The notes below the pieces were generated by a model that was given only the letters and a program-made list of their open reading frames with translations, searched no databases and was not told the origin of the DNA. From an uncultured virus (IMG/VR IMGVR_UViG_3300010157_000038) (taxonomy: Duplodnaviria > Heunggongvirae > Uroviricota > Caudoviricetes), in IMG/VR virus record IMGVR_UViG_3300010157_000038: a stretch of 57,386 nt of DNA; one strand, given 5' to 3'. Positions 8,583 through 17,688 of the stretch are shown piece by piece. The translations under genes and the position numbers were made by a program. Every line of letters begins with the position of its first letter. Positions within the stretch are counted from its first letter, which is position 1.

Positions 8583-8618
8583 ACCCAGCTTGGAGCAATC
8601 TAGGCTGGGTCTTTTTTT
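8583..8618 (+). terminator. Rho-independent terminator
   Basis: ACCCAGCTTGGA-GCAA-TCTAGGCTGGGT followed by T run. Confidence 0.9.
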
Positions 8619-8623
8619 ATTTG

Positions 8624-8631
8624 TATAAATA
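8624..8631 (+). promoter_or_regulatory. T4-type late promoter
   Basis: TATAAATA 8 nt before ATG 8640. Confidence 0.7.
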
Positions 8632-8639
8632 TCTCATAT

Positions 8640-9188
8640 ATGCAATTAGAAAATAAATACGTATTTGTTGATTTGGATGAAACATTGATTCACACAAATG
8701 TGTATAAAGAAGAAGCTACGTTAGATCGTGAGTTACAAATCAATATAGGTAACGATAAACATGCGGAAATATATGTATCTCAATTAAGAGTAGGAGCGCA
8801 TAAACTTTTAGAGGAATTGCGTCAAACCGTTGGAAACGATCGAGTGTTCATGCTTACAGTTTCTATGTGGGATTATGCTAGTAGAAATAACGATATGCAT
8901 AAGTTAGGTTTTAAAGAAAATCAAATCTATTCGAGAGAACATATTCGTGGAAGAGTAGCAGTTTTACCGATGGAAGGAATCAATGAAGATTCTCAATCGT
9001 ATCTAATTGATAATCTATCAATGTTTGACCTCGGTGAAAAGTTTCAATTAATGCGTCATGGTCTAGGATTTCGTAATGAACATCTACGACTATTTACAAT
9101 CAGCGGCTATTATGGAGATACGGACGGATCGCACGATATCTCTGAAAAAGAGAGAAGCGAAATAATTACGCTTATAACTGGCAAATAG
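8640..9188 (+). CDS. HAD-superfamily phosphatase (NIF/FCP1-like)
   Basis: VFVDLDETLIH motif I, MLT motif II, LIDN motif IV. Confidence 0.75.
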   Translation: MQLENKYVFVDLDETLIHTNVYKEEATLDRELQINIGNDKHAEIYVSQLRVGAHKLLEELRQTVGNDRVFMLTVSMWDYASRNNDMHKLGFKENQIYSREHIRGRVAVLPMEGINEDSQSYLIDNLSMFDLGEKFQLMRHGLGFRNEHLRLFTISGYYGDTDGSHDISEKERSEIITLITGK

Positions 9189-9239
9189 TTTACTTTTGTT
9201 ATTTACATGTCTACATTTTTACATATAATAGAGTGTATC

Positions 9240-9350
9240 ATGTACATAATAGCAATTATAGCTATAGTGATTATAGTCGGTAGTATTGCCATGTTTATGA
9301 ATTTTAGTAAGATTGAAAAAGAACTTAGAGACGAAGACTTTTACGATTAA
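9240..9350 (+). CDS. Small single-TM peptide (36 aa)
   Basis: MYIIAIIAIVIIVGSIAMF...; preceded by TTTACA(9202)/TATAAT(9224) promoter-like site. Confidence 0.55.
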   Translation: MYIIAIIAIVIIVGSIAMFMNFSKIEKELRDEDFYD

Positions 9351-9367
9351 TAATATTACAATACATT

Positions 9368-9496
9368 ATGAAAGAACCTCAATCTAAGTTAGATATAGTT
9401 GCTAATTGTTTTTTTATGATGTCTGCTACATTATTAATAGTAACTATTATGATGGTTATGATCAAACTGGTATTTTCACGCGGCGCTATTCATTAA
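9368..9496 (+). CDS. Small single-TM peptide (42 aa)
   Basis: MKEPQSKLDIVANCFFMMSATLLIVTIMMVMIKLVF. Confidence 0.55.
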   Translation: MKEPQSKLDIVANCFFMMSATLLIVTIMMVMIKLVFSRGAIH

Positions 9497-9502
9497 AATT
9501 AT

Positions 9503-10561
9503 ATGATACAAAAAAGAATTCTTGTTACTGGATCTTCAGGACTAATTGGTTCTGAAGTATGTACTTATTTTGCCAAAGAACTTAACTACAAAGTTTATGG
9601 TATTGATAATAACCAAAGAGCAGTATTCTTTGGCGAATCTGGAGATACTCGCTGGAATCAAGCGAGACTACAGGCAGAATTACCAAACTTTGTACATAAT
9701 GAGTTAGATATTCGTAATAGAACAGACGTCATGTTATTGATGGCTCAGATTAAGCCGGATGCGATCGTTCATACGGCAGCTCAACCTAGTCACGATAGAG
9801 CTGCTGGTATACCATTTGATGACTTTGATACGAATGCAGTAGGTACTCTAAATATGCTTGAGGCTGCTAGGAGGTTTGCTCAGCAAGCTCCATTCGTTAA
9901 CATGAGTACGAATAAGGTATATGGAGATGCTCCTAATCGTATTTCTTTAAAGGAAGAAGATACTCGCTGGGAATACGCAGATCCTGTTTATGTTAATGGT
10001 ATACCTGAAACATTCTCAATCGATCAATCCACGCATTCATTATTTGGCGCTTCTAAGGTAGCAGGCGATATAATGACTCAAGAGTATGGTCGTTACTTTG
10101 ATATGCCTACTTGCTGTTTAAGAGGCGGATGCTTAACTGGTCCTAATCATTCTGGTGTAGAATTACACGGCTTCTTAAGCTATCTAGTTAAGTGTAACTT
10201 ACAGGAAAAAGAATATCGCATTTTTGGTTATAAAGGCAAACAAGTTAGAGATAACATTCATTCTTTAGATGTTGCTAAGTTCATAGCGGCTTTCATCGAT
10301 TCTCCTCGTAAGGGTGAAGTTTACAATATCGGCGGTGGTAAGAACAATAGCGTTTCAATACTTGAAGCATTTAAAATCGTTGAGTCTTTTACTGGTAAGA
10401 AACAGATCAGCAGCTATGTAGATCAAAACCGCGTAGGAGATCATATCTGTTATTATTCTGACTTAACTAAGATGAAAAAGCATTATCCTATTTGGGATAT
10501 AACTAAATCAGTTTCGGATACGATTAGTGAAATTGTACAAGCTAACCTTAACAAACAATAA
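9503..10561 (+). CDS. NAD-dependent nucleotide-sugar epimerase (CDP-paratose 2-epimerase-like)
   Basis: [38 protein letters not shown]. Confidence 0.9.
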   Translation: MIQKRILVTGSSGLIGSEVCTYFAKELNYKVYGIDNNQRAVFFGESGDTRWNQARLQAELPNFVHNELDIRNRTDVMLLMAQIKPDAIVHTAAQPSHDRAAGIPFDDFDTNAVGTLNMLEAARRFAQQAPFVNMSTNKVYGDAPNRISLKEEDTRWEYADPVYVNGIPETFSIDQSTHSLFGASKVAGDIMTQEYGRYFDMPTCCLRGGCLTGPNHSGVELHGFLSYLVKCNLQEKEYRIFGYKGKQVRDNIHSLDVAKFIAAFIDSPRKGEVYNIGGGKNNSVSILEAFKIVESFTGKKQISSYVDQNRVGDHICYYSDLTKMKKHYPIWDITKSVSDTISEIVQANLNKQ

Positions 10562-10627
10562 TATGATTGACGCAATAGTAATGATAGTATTTTTCTGGCA
10601 CTTTTTTTGGGGGCATAAATATACGTA

Positions 10628-10861
10628 ATGAGTACTAATGGTAAAGGCTCCAAGCCACGCCCTTTTTCAGTATCCTATGAGCAATTTTTAAAGTCATGGG
10701 ACAACATCTTTCGTTCAAAGACAATCAGTGAGCCTTTGGATGATACTAACACACACATCACTGCTAAAAAGAAAGACACACACAATGACAAAAGAAACAA
10801 GCGGAAAAAACGCCTACGAAATAAGACTAGAAGTGCTACAAATGGCAATGGGACTAGCTGA
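10628..10861 (+). CDS. Small basic phage protein
   Basis: GKGSKPRP...WDNIF N-terminus; late-like CATAAATA at 10614; 3' part overlaps next ORF. Confidence 0.55.
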   Translation: MSTNGKGSKPRPFSVSYEQFLKSWDNIFRSKTISEPLDDTNTHITAKKKDTHNDKRNKRKKRLRNKTRSATNGNGTS

Positions 10862-11018
10862 TAATCGTTGGCACCAACAACTAGACAAAGTTCGATTCGA
10901 TGCTGAAAAGGACAACAGCACCTACGAACTCCCTGAAGACAAGCGCGAGCGTGAAGCTCTTCGTTTAGCAAAGAAGCTATATTCATTCGTAGAGAATAAT
11001 ACTCAAGAAGAAGTATAA
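10785..11018 (+). CDS. Conserved small T4-like phage protein
   Basis: KNAYEIRLEVLQMA...AKKLYSFV; ATG at 10785. Confidence 0.7.
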   Translation: MTKETSGKNAYEIRLEVLQMAMGLADNRWHQQLDKVRFDAEKDNSTYELPEDKREREALRLAKKLYSFVENNTQEEV

Positions 11019-11029
11019 GAGCTATAGAA

Positions 11030-11065
11030 GATAAATAGTTACTGGTAGAGAAATCTGCCAGTAAC
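11030..11065 (+). promoter_or_regulatory. Late-type promoter followed by hairpin
   Basis: GATAAATA then GTTACTGGTAGA-GAAA-TCTGCCAGTAAC. Confidence 0.6.
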
Positions 11066-11076
11066 GCCTTTTAATT

Positions 11077-11583
11077 ATGAAACTTAAAGCTATCATCAGT
11101 CTATCACTAGTAACGACAGTATTGCTCACAGGTTGTGTAGGCACTGGTCCTAATACACAGCGCGATGCGGTAACCGGTGGAGCGCTAGGCGCTCTGGCAG
11201 GTGCTATTATTGGTAACAATAGTGGTGGTCATAACGGTCTCGCAGGAGCACTCATCGGTGGAACTATAGGAGCAATCGCGGGTGGAACTATCGGTAACTC
11301 GAAGGACCATGCAGATAATACATTATATCAAGAATCTATTCCAGTAGAAGTTGTAACTTTACCGCCACAAAGCACAGTTCATACTGAAATAATTACTGCA
11401 ATGCCTGGTCCAGACTACGTTTGGGTCAATGGATATTGGCTATTTAACGGTACAGACTATGTTTGGATCTCTGGTCGTTGGACGTTGCCTCCTCGCCATG
11501 ACGTCATGTGGATGGAACCTAGATGGGAATTTGAGCATGGGCGCTACTTTTATCGCCGCGGATACTGGCGTGGAAGAAGGTAA
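11077..11583 (+). CDS. Lipoprotein with glycine zipper and YXWGXW repeats
   Basis: Lipobox LLTGC; GGALGALAGAIIG; WVNGYW, WISGRW. Confidence 0.85.
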   Translation: MKLKAIISLSLVTTVLLTGCVGTGPNTQRDAVTGGALGALAGAIIGNNSGGHNGLAGALIGGTIGAIAGGTIGNSKDHADNTLYQESIPVEVVTLPPQSTVHTEIITAMPGPDYVWVNGYWLFNGTDYVWISGRWTLPPRHDVMWMEPRWEFEHGRYFYRRGYWRGRR

Positions 11584-11588
11584 TTTTT

Positions 11589-11657
11589 ATAGCCGTTGAT
11601 AACCAACAACTTACGTAATTCTTTGGATTGTACATCAGTCCAAAGAATTTTTAGTTT
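11589..11657 (+). promoter_or_regulatory. Palindrome-associated promoter, copy 2 (left arm degenerate)
   Basis: ATAGCCGTTGATAACCAACAACTTA 11589-11613; TGTACA 11629-11634; TAGTTT 11652-11657. Confidence 0.6.
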
Positions 11658-11680
11658 ATTATTCTGAACATAACTATATC

Positions 11681-12007
11681 ATGAATAATAATACTACTAC
11701 TATTACTAATAAATTGGAACAAGGTTACGTAAGTTACGTAATATACAAATATCATCATTTAACCGATTCTTGGATGGATATTGGTGAATATAGTCCAGCT
11801 CCAGACGACAGCTGTTGCTCATTTGCACTGGTTAAAATGTGGAACTCGGATACTGGATTTGAGCCATCTACTTTTATCGACAATCAATGCGGCAAATATT
11901 GGTTAGTTACTCTTGAAGACGATGCCGTAATGCGTAAACAATATAATCCCATTAAAGTAATTCCTACTAACATACCAACGACACGCGCCATCAATTTTGC
12001 TCTCTAA
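11681..12007 (+). CDS. Hypothetical protein
   Basis: 108-aa ORF after promoter. Confidence 0.65.
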   Translation: MNNNTTTITNKLEQGYVSYVIYKYHHLTDSWMDIGEYSPAPDDSCCSFALVKMWNSDTGFEPSTFIDNQCGKYWLVTLEDDAVMRKQYNPIKVIPTNIPTTRAINFAL

Positions 12008-12023
12008 TAACACTTAAATTTTT

Positions 12024-13406
12024 ATGAATAAAAAAACTATATTATATATCACATCATTAGCACTATTAGTAACCACGATAGTGCTCGATAGACACGAAAT
12101 TATTAATGCAGTAACTTCAATTGAAGTTTCTATTAAAAGTAAAGTGACTTCATTAATAGCTCAAAACTCATTTACAAATCAATACGAATTGCCTACCGAT
12201 GGGTTAGGATTATCTACGCATCGTCAACTGTGGAATTCTTTAGATCCAAAAGATAAATCATTATATGTTAATAATGTATCAAATATAGCTAAGTTTCCTA
12301 TTCAAACGCGTAAGGAAGATCGTTCGTTGCACTTAGGAGACTTTTCGTATGAGCAGTTGCCTGAGACGGCAGTAAACTTTTATCCTAGAGCTTTTACACC
12401 TACTGAAGTGGAGGCTTATGTGTCTACTTCTAGTCCTGGTGGACGAACACTAGCTGAAATTGAGTATGCTTATGGCATTGATAAAATCACTAACGTTTAC
12501 ACTGGCGTAGGACAAACTGTAGCTATCATTATACCTGCTGGTTCTGAAACATTAGTGAATGATTTGCACGTTTTCTCAAAGCAATACGGTCTGCCTGATG
12601 CTCAAGTTAGTTTTATCTATCCTCAAGGCGTTCCAACTACACATTCAGACTATTGGGCAAATGAGACTTCACTAGATGCTGAGTGGGTACACGCAATAGC
12701 TCCTAACGCTAAAATTATCATGGTTGTATGTAATACCACGGCTATATCTGGATTAGTTTTAGGCGTAGATGCTGCAGTCAATGCTGGCGCAAAGATAGTA
12801 TCAATCTCATGGGGATCAGTAGAATGGTCTAATCAATTAAGTTATGATTCGCACTTCAATCGTTCTGGAGTCACTTTCTGTGTAGCAACTGGAGATATTG
12901 GCACTAACAACGCCTCATGGCCTTCTACGTCGCCTAACACATTGGCAGTAGGGGGTACATTGATGAATGTAACTGGACCTAACACTTTCACTGAAGATGC
13001 ATGGAAGAATGGCGGCGGTGGTGTTTCAAAGTATTACAAACGTCCTACTTGGCAGAATGGGTTTCAAGTAAATGCAATGCGTACTACACCCGATGTAAGC
13101 TTCAACGCCTGTAGTTATTCGATCTATGTTGGTAACTATCAAGGTTCTTCTGGATGGCACACTGTATCAGGGACAAGCGCCTCTGCACCTATCTGGGCAG
13201 CATTGATTTCTCTAGGTTATCAGAACAAGAAAACTCCTATTGCTTCAGACATTCATCCATTACTATACTCCAATACCTACACTACGTTCTTTCATGACAT
13301 TACTACAGGTATTAATAATGGAGTATCTGCTACAGTTGGATACGACATCGATACGGGTCTAGGAGTTCCTAATGCACCAGCACTTATTGCTACTCTAAGT
13401 AAATGA
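12024..13406 (+). CDS. S53 (sedolisin/kumamolisin) peptidase with N-terminal signal/anchor
   Basis: ETSLD (Glu/Asp), SISWG, ATGD, PDVS, GTSASAP (Ser), GYDIDTGLG. Confidence 0.9.
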   Translation: MNKKTILYITSLALLVTTIVLDRHEIINAVTSIEVSIKSKVTSLIAQNSFTNQYELPTDGLGLSTHRQLWNSLDPKDKSLYVNNVSNIAKFPIQTRKEDRSLHLGDFSYEQLPETAVNFYPRAFTPTEVEAYVSTSSPGGRTLAEIEYAYGIDKITNVYTGVGQTVAIIIPAGSETLVNDLHVFSKQYGLPDAQVSFIYPQGVPTTHSDYWANETSLDAEWVHAIAPNAKIIMVVCNTTAISGLVLGVDAAVNAGAKIVSISWGSVEWSNQLSYDSHFNRSGVTFCVATGDIGTNNASWPSTSPNTLAVGGTLMNVTGPNTFTEDAWKNGGGGVSKYYKRPTWQNGFQVNAMRTTPDVSFNACSYSIYVGNYQGSSGWHTVSGTSASAPIWAALISLGYQNKKTPIASDIHPLLYSNTYTTFFHDITTGINNGVSATVGYDIDTGLGVPNAPALIATLSK

Positions 13407-13609
13407 AGAACGAATACATCAAGCTTATCGTAGAGATAGACAAGGTCATTTCTATGTTGAGAGGTCTCTGGCTTGATGCTGAAAATTCGGTTGAAGCTGA
13501 CAAATGGTATATGAAAATAAATAAAGCTTTGGAAGAAAGATCGCGTCTCATGCTGTTAAGAGATAAAAAAAGAAGTATTTCATTAGAGTGTTCTGATGAT
13601 GATTTATAA
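13403..13609 (+). CDS. Hypothetical protein
   Basis: ATGA overlap with S53 gene. Confidence 0.6.
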   Translation: MKNEYIKLIVEIDKVISMLRGLWLDAENSVEADKWYMKINKALEERSRLMLLRDKKRSISLECSDDDL

Positions 13610-13675
13610 GTTGTTCATTACCAATAACTTATAAATTTTATAATATTGTACATATTCTATGAAATATTGTACTAT
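13607..13675 (+). promoter_or_regulatory. Palindrome-associated promoter, copy 3
   Basis: TAAGTTGTT-CATTACC-AATAACTTA 13607-13631; TGTACA 13647-13652; 17 nt; TACTAT 13670-13675. Confidence 0.75.
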
Positions 13676-13683
13676 TTTAAACG

Positions 13684-14013
13684 ATGAAACTAACACAAAA
13701 AAACATCCACTCGTTTGTTAAAACTAAACTCGCGACCGATAAGAACTGGGCGCTTAAAGCATTAGTTCGTATATACACTGAGAATCAAACTACAGATGAG
13801 AAGTTATGTTCAGTGACTACTCATGATAATGGTATAGGATTTTCTGGCTTAGACGCTAAGTTTCTTTCAAGCTTAGCGCAACAGTATTCACACTGTGGTA
13901 GATTAAGCGATAAGCAGATGCAGTATGTATTTAAGAAAATTCCAAAGTATCACAATCAAGTCATTAAGATGAGCGATAGGAATAAACTCGTTCATCTCGT
14001 GGAAGTAGCATAA
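13684..14013 (+). CDS. Conserved hypothetical phage protein
   Basis: QTTDE...NGIGFSGLDAKFLSSLA...LSDKQ. Confidence 0.75.
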   Translation: MKLTQKNIHSFVKTKLATDKNWALKALVRIYTENQTTDEKLCSVTTHDNGIGFSGLDAKFLSSLAQQYSHCGRLSDKQMQYVFKKIPKYHNQVIKMSDRNKLVHLVEVA

Positions 14014-14030
14014 TTATTATTATTAAAAAA

Positions 14031-14249
14031 ATGAAATTCGATATGTACTTTAGAGTCATTTTTTTTCATCAGAATCGTCTTCTTGGAGGACGCACTGTCA
14101 AGACTGAAAGTCGTCTTAATGCAGTATCTCTAGCATACAATGAGTTTAAAAGTATTCATTATATACCACTAGAACAATTACAGACATTCATTAGTGATCT
14201 TACCGAAAAAGAGATTGAAGAAGCTATACTTGAGTCTGACGAGATTTGA
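14031..14249 (+). CDS. Hypothetical protein
   Basis: 72-aa ORF in operon. Confidence 0.6.
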   Translation: MKFDMYFRVIFFHQNRLLGGRTVKTESRLNAVSLAYNEFKSIHYIPLEQLQTFISDLTEKEIEEAILESDEI

Positions 14250-14263
14250 TAAATAGAGTACTA

Positions 14264-14557
14264 ATGGAAGAAGAAAAAAAATCTGAAAAAACTAGTTATA
14301 CCGAATCTTACTTAAAGTATAATACTGGAGACTTTGACGTAATGCCAGTAGAGTTGAGAGTTCCACCATGGAGAAGTAGTTCGGATAAAAGCGCTTCAAT
14401 AAAGAAAACTTCTTTCACGTTTAAAGAAGATCTTTATATTTCAGTAATTTCTTGTCTAGTGTCTAAACTGCCTATAAATACTGCAATAGATATTGAAAAC
14501 TTAGTAAATACAGCTCAAAAAATAACTGAAGAAAGTTATAATAAATTTATTCAATGA
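14264..14557 (+). CDS. Hypothetical protein
   Basis: ATG 14264 after late-like GATAAATA at 14248. Confidence 0.6.
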   Translation: MEEEKKSEKTSYTESYLKYNTGDFDVMPVELRVPPWRSSSDKSASIKKTSFTFKEDLYISVISCLVSKLPINTAIDIENLVNTAQKITEESYNKFIQ

Positions 14558-14709
14558 ATATAGACGTATTACTAAAATTTACGAATGAGCATTCGATACT
14601 TTCATTTTTTATTGTTTATGCTCTATTAGAATGCTCGATTAGGGTGATTAAATTGCTTTTAAAGTCTTTTTTAATACTATGTGGAAAGGATATAAGTGAT
14701 TTCAGATAA
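14554..14709 (+). CDS. Small hydrophobic protein (51 aa)
   Basis: ATGA overlap; hand-translated MNIDVLLKF...DISDFR. Confidence 0.45.
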   Translation: MNIDVLLKFTNEHSILSFFIVYALLECSIRVIKLLLKSFLILCGKDISDFR

Positions 14710-14941
14710 CAGCGACATGAATCGCTTTATTGCAAGGGAAGATCTTTTAAACTGTATAAAGGATCTTGCTGAAAGAAGCGCAGAAATAGATGAAGTTGAA
14801 ATTGCAATGGTGCTATTTGTGCTCTCAGCGTGTATTCATGACGATACCTATCCGATCTTTGCTGATATCGCAAGATCTTATGCAATTCAAAGAGCAGAAC
14901 AGATTAAAGATAAATACAAAATAGATGAAGACTTTGGATAA
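14696..14941 (+). CDS. Hypothetical protein (start uncertain, ATG at 14717)
   Basis: ORF track. Confidence 0.6.
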   Translation: MISDNSDMNRFIAREDLLNCIKDLAERSAEIDEVEIAMVLFVLSACIHDDTYPIFADIARSYAIQRAEQIKDKYKIDEDFG

Positions 14942-15263
14942 CTATAAACTTTACTTAGATGATTTAAAAATTCCAGACGCTATAGATTGGATTATTGTTA
15001 GAAGTTATCAAGAATTTATACAGACTATTACTGAAAACGGACTTCCTATTTTTTTATCTTTAGACTATGATCTATGTGATATAACTTTTGTTGAAAATCA
15101 AGTCTCTGAAAAAACAGGATATGATTGCACTAGATGGTTACTAGATTACTGTATGACAAATAAGTTAAAATTTCCAAACTATATGATTCACTCGACTGAT
15201 GCAGTTGGAAAAGACAATATACAATACCTTATTAACGCTTACGGCCGCCACCTCGTATTATGA
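14925..15263 (+). CDS. Cyclic-phosphate-processing receiver-domain protein
   Basis: LYLDD, IVRSYQEF, LSLDYDL, KTGYD, IHST pattern. Confidence 0.7.
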   Translation: MKTLDNYKLYLDDLKIPDAIDWIIVRSYQEFIQTITENGLPIFLSLDYDLCDITFVENQVSEKTGYDCTRWLLDYCMTNKLKFPNYMIHSTDAVGKDNIQYLINAYGRHLVL

Positions 15264-16331
15264 AGTAGGTGGCTGATTCGTTTGAACTGGCGTTGTAGCT
15301 TGTGTTGTAGCAATAATGTTAGCTTGAGGTTGCGAGGGTACTATATTTGTAATAGGATTGTTTGGTGTATACGACGTATACGGATGACTCACGTGAAACT
15401 CGCCAGTTTTTGGATCAATCATTACCATTACGAGAATAAGTACGCCCATTAAAGTTGCTACTACCCAAAAAGGTATCGTTGCAGCAATATACGCTAGACC
15501 GAGTAAAGCTACTCCAGATAAAATAAAGCTAGGCGACCTTAGCAGAAGACCTACTAATAAAACTACGATACCTATGCCACCTAAAGACTTTACGAGCCAA
15601 CCGAGCATTTCTGATTTCTGTTGTTCTTTAGCCACACTTACTGCGCTTACGGCCTGCTTTTGAAGTTGAATTTTCTCACTGTCTTGATTAGCTTTTAACT
15701 GAGCTAAAATTTCTTGTTGTTCTGACCTAAGCTTAACTTTTTCAGCCTCTTTGGTTTTAACCTCTTGATCTGCTTTTTCATAAGCAGCGGCGGCAGCTTC
15801 TCCTAATTTAATCTTTGCTTCATACTTTTGAGCTATAGCCTGTTCTGTCTTTTTGCGATCTAATTCTATGTCATCTTCTATAGCCTTTCGCCTCTCATCG
15901 GTAATCGGCAGAAGCCTAGCCATGTTCTCTTTAGCTTTTAAATTAGCTATTAATACTCGAGTGTCCATATGGGTTACATCTTCTGTAGACTTAAAGATAC
16001 CATAGTTAATCTCAGAAATTTGCGCAAAATTAGTATCATCAATCTGATCTCTAGCTTTATACGCGTCAGCTAATTGCTCCCTAAACTTAGAGTATTGCGC
16101 ATCCAAAGATTGCTTAACTTGTTCAGTCTTCTTGTTTAGCTCATCGATCTTATCTATAGCTTTAACTGTAGAAGAAGCAGCAGTCACTGGAGCGGCTTTA
16201 TCTACTGAACCACTGGCCGACATATTTGCCCCTAAAAACGATTTAATATTATTAGGGAAAGTCTGACAGCCTGCTAATAATAACAGCCAAATTCCAAATA
16301 CTAAAGACATTTTAAAGTTATAAGTACGCAT
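15258..16331 (-). CDS. Lipoprotein with long coiled coil and C-terminal TM helices
   Basis: LLLAGC lipobox, K/E/Q/A-rich middle, ~3 hydrophobic segments, P/T/Q tail. Confidence 0.75.
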   Translation of the reverse strand: MRTYNFKMSLVFGIWLLLLAGCQTFPNNIKSFLGANMSASGSVDKAAPVTAASSTVKAIDKIDELNKKTEQVKQSLDAQYSKFREQLADAYKARDQIDDTNFAQISEINYGIFKSTEDVTHMDTRVLIANLKAKENMARLLPITDERRKAIEDDIELDRKKTEQAIAQKYEAKIKLGEAAAAAYEKADQEVKTKEAEKVKLRSEQQEILAQLKANQDSEKIQLQKQAVSAVSVAKEQQKSEMLGWLVKSLGGIGIVVLLVGLLLRSPSFILSGVALLGLAYIAATIPFWVVATLMGVLILVMVMIDPKTGEFHVSHPYTSYTPNNPITNIVPSQPQANIIATTQATTPVQTNQPPTS

Positions 16332-16336
16332 ATCTG

Positions 16337-16364
16337 TATTTATACACTAAGTTTTATATAAATA
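16337..16364. promoter_or_regulatory. Divergent pair of late promoters
   Basis: TATTTATA 16337-16344 (minus) and TATAAATA 16357-16364 (plus). Confidence 0.8.
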
Positions 16365-16372
16365 GTCTTACG

Positions 16373-16654
16373 ATGCTCGAAGTCATTAAACAACTAGCAG
16401 ATCTGGGCTTTATGCTCATGGCAATTACCGTATGTGGTATATTCATTGGAATACTACTCAAATACATTCTTGCAAACGTCGTTTCTGACGTCGCTATGTT
16501 AGACGATATTGCATCAATGTTAAATGACAGAGTGAGGTTTATGAATAATGACCTCGCTCGTATAGACGCCTTAGTTTCTTCTAGGTTTGGCTTACGAGTA
16601 GACCTCGAGAGATTGTCGAGGACGAACGGTAAAGATGACGCCCGACGAGATTAA
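16373..16654 (+). CDS. TM + coiled-coil protein (holin-like candidate)
   Basis: One TM helix then RVRFMNNDLARID. Confidence 0.6.
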   Translation: MLEVIKQLADLGFMLMAITVCGIFIGILLKYILANVVSDVAMLDDIASMLNDRVRFMNNDLARIDALVSSRFGLRVDLERLSRTNGKDDARRD

Positions 16655-17048
16655 TACAACAAAGGCGCTGGTCAATCAGTATGGTATGCCCACAATCGCT
16701 GCGTGTGGCATGGGCTATTTCATATACTTTGTTTGGCAATTTGTAACAGAAAATATTAATTCTAAATTAAATGAAGCTAGAACCACTATGATCAATTTAA
16801 TCGATCGTATAGGTATGTTAGACAATGACATGATTCGTTTGGAGCAAAAAATATTAACTAGTATGGAGCTTAAAAGAGGAAAAAGTTATAAATCTATAAA
16901 CGACGACATATTAAGTGATGCAATTAATAAGCATCGTAGGGTAGCTCTCGATAAAAAAAATAATGAAGAAACGGCAAAAGAAGATAAGTTAGAAAAAACC
17001 AAAAAAGCTAAAATTAAAAATAAATCTTCTAGAAAACAGTATAGATAA
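16635..17048 (+). CDS. TM + coiled-coil protein, paralog of previous ORF
   Basis: YGMPTIAACGMGYFIYFVW, RIGMLDNDMIRLE. Confidence 0.65.
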   Translation: MTPDEINTTKALVNQYGMPTIAACGMGYFIYFVWQFVTENINSKLNEARTTMINLIDRIGMLDNDMIRLEQKILTSMELKRGKSYKSINDDILSDAINKHRRVALDKKNNEETAKEDKLEKTKKAKIKNKSSRKQYR

Positions 17049-17052
17049 ACAC

Positions 17053-17256
17053 ATGAGTAACGATAATCAATTCGATATTAACAATATCAATAGCTGTAGT
17101 AAATTAGCTCAAAATGAAGTTATATCTACTGACGCTAATTCATCTAAAATAATATTAAATGATATTACTAAAACTATAAATCAAGATTCAAAAATGGTAA
17201 AATATATAATAGATTTTATGAGGCCACCATTAGATTTAAAAGGTTGGAAAAGTTAA
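17053..17256 (+). CDS. Hypothetical protein
   Basis: 67-aa ORF in operon. Confidence 0.5.
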   Translation: MSNDNQFDINNINSCSKLAQNEVISTDANSSKIILNDITKTINQDSKMVKYIIDFMRPPLDLKGWKS

Positions 17257-17266
17257 TAATAAAAAT

Positions 17267-17683
17267 ATGAATATCAATAATAGTAAATTACTTCTCGTTG
17301 CACTCGCGTGCTTCACACTCACTGGCTGCGTTTCTAGCAATGCCTTAGTCAATGGCGTATTAGGCCGTTATCCTCATTTTGATTCCAATGAATATATGTT
17401 ATCTGTTGGACTTGAATATATTGCAAAACTAACTAAGAATGATCGTAATAATATTCCTAATGTATTAAGCAGAACAGACGAATTGACTCTTTATGTATCT
17501 GGTCGTCCTTATAATGAAAAGTTAACACACCAACTGGAATTACTTCATAAAATTACTCTTGAACTCGATACTAGAGAACGCGGTACTGTTGAAATCAGCA
17601 AAGCATATTATCAAACTAAAACGGATGACATTATTAAACTAACTGATGATATCCGTAAAACAATAGGTTCAGAAAAACTTTAA
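17267..17683 (+). CDS. Lipoprotein
   Basis: Lipobox LTGC after hydrophobic leader. Confidence 0.75.
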   Translation: MNINNSKLLLVALACFTLTGCVSSNALVNGVLGRYPHFDSNEYMLSVGLEYIAKLTKNDRNNIPNVLSRTDELTLYVSGRPYNEKLTHQLELLHKITLELDTRERGTVEISKAYYQTKTDDIIKLTDDIRKTIGSEKL

Positions 17684-17688
17684 TTCTT

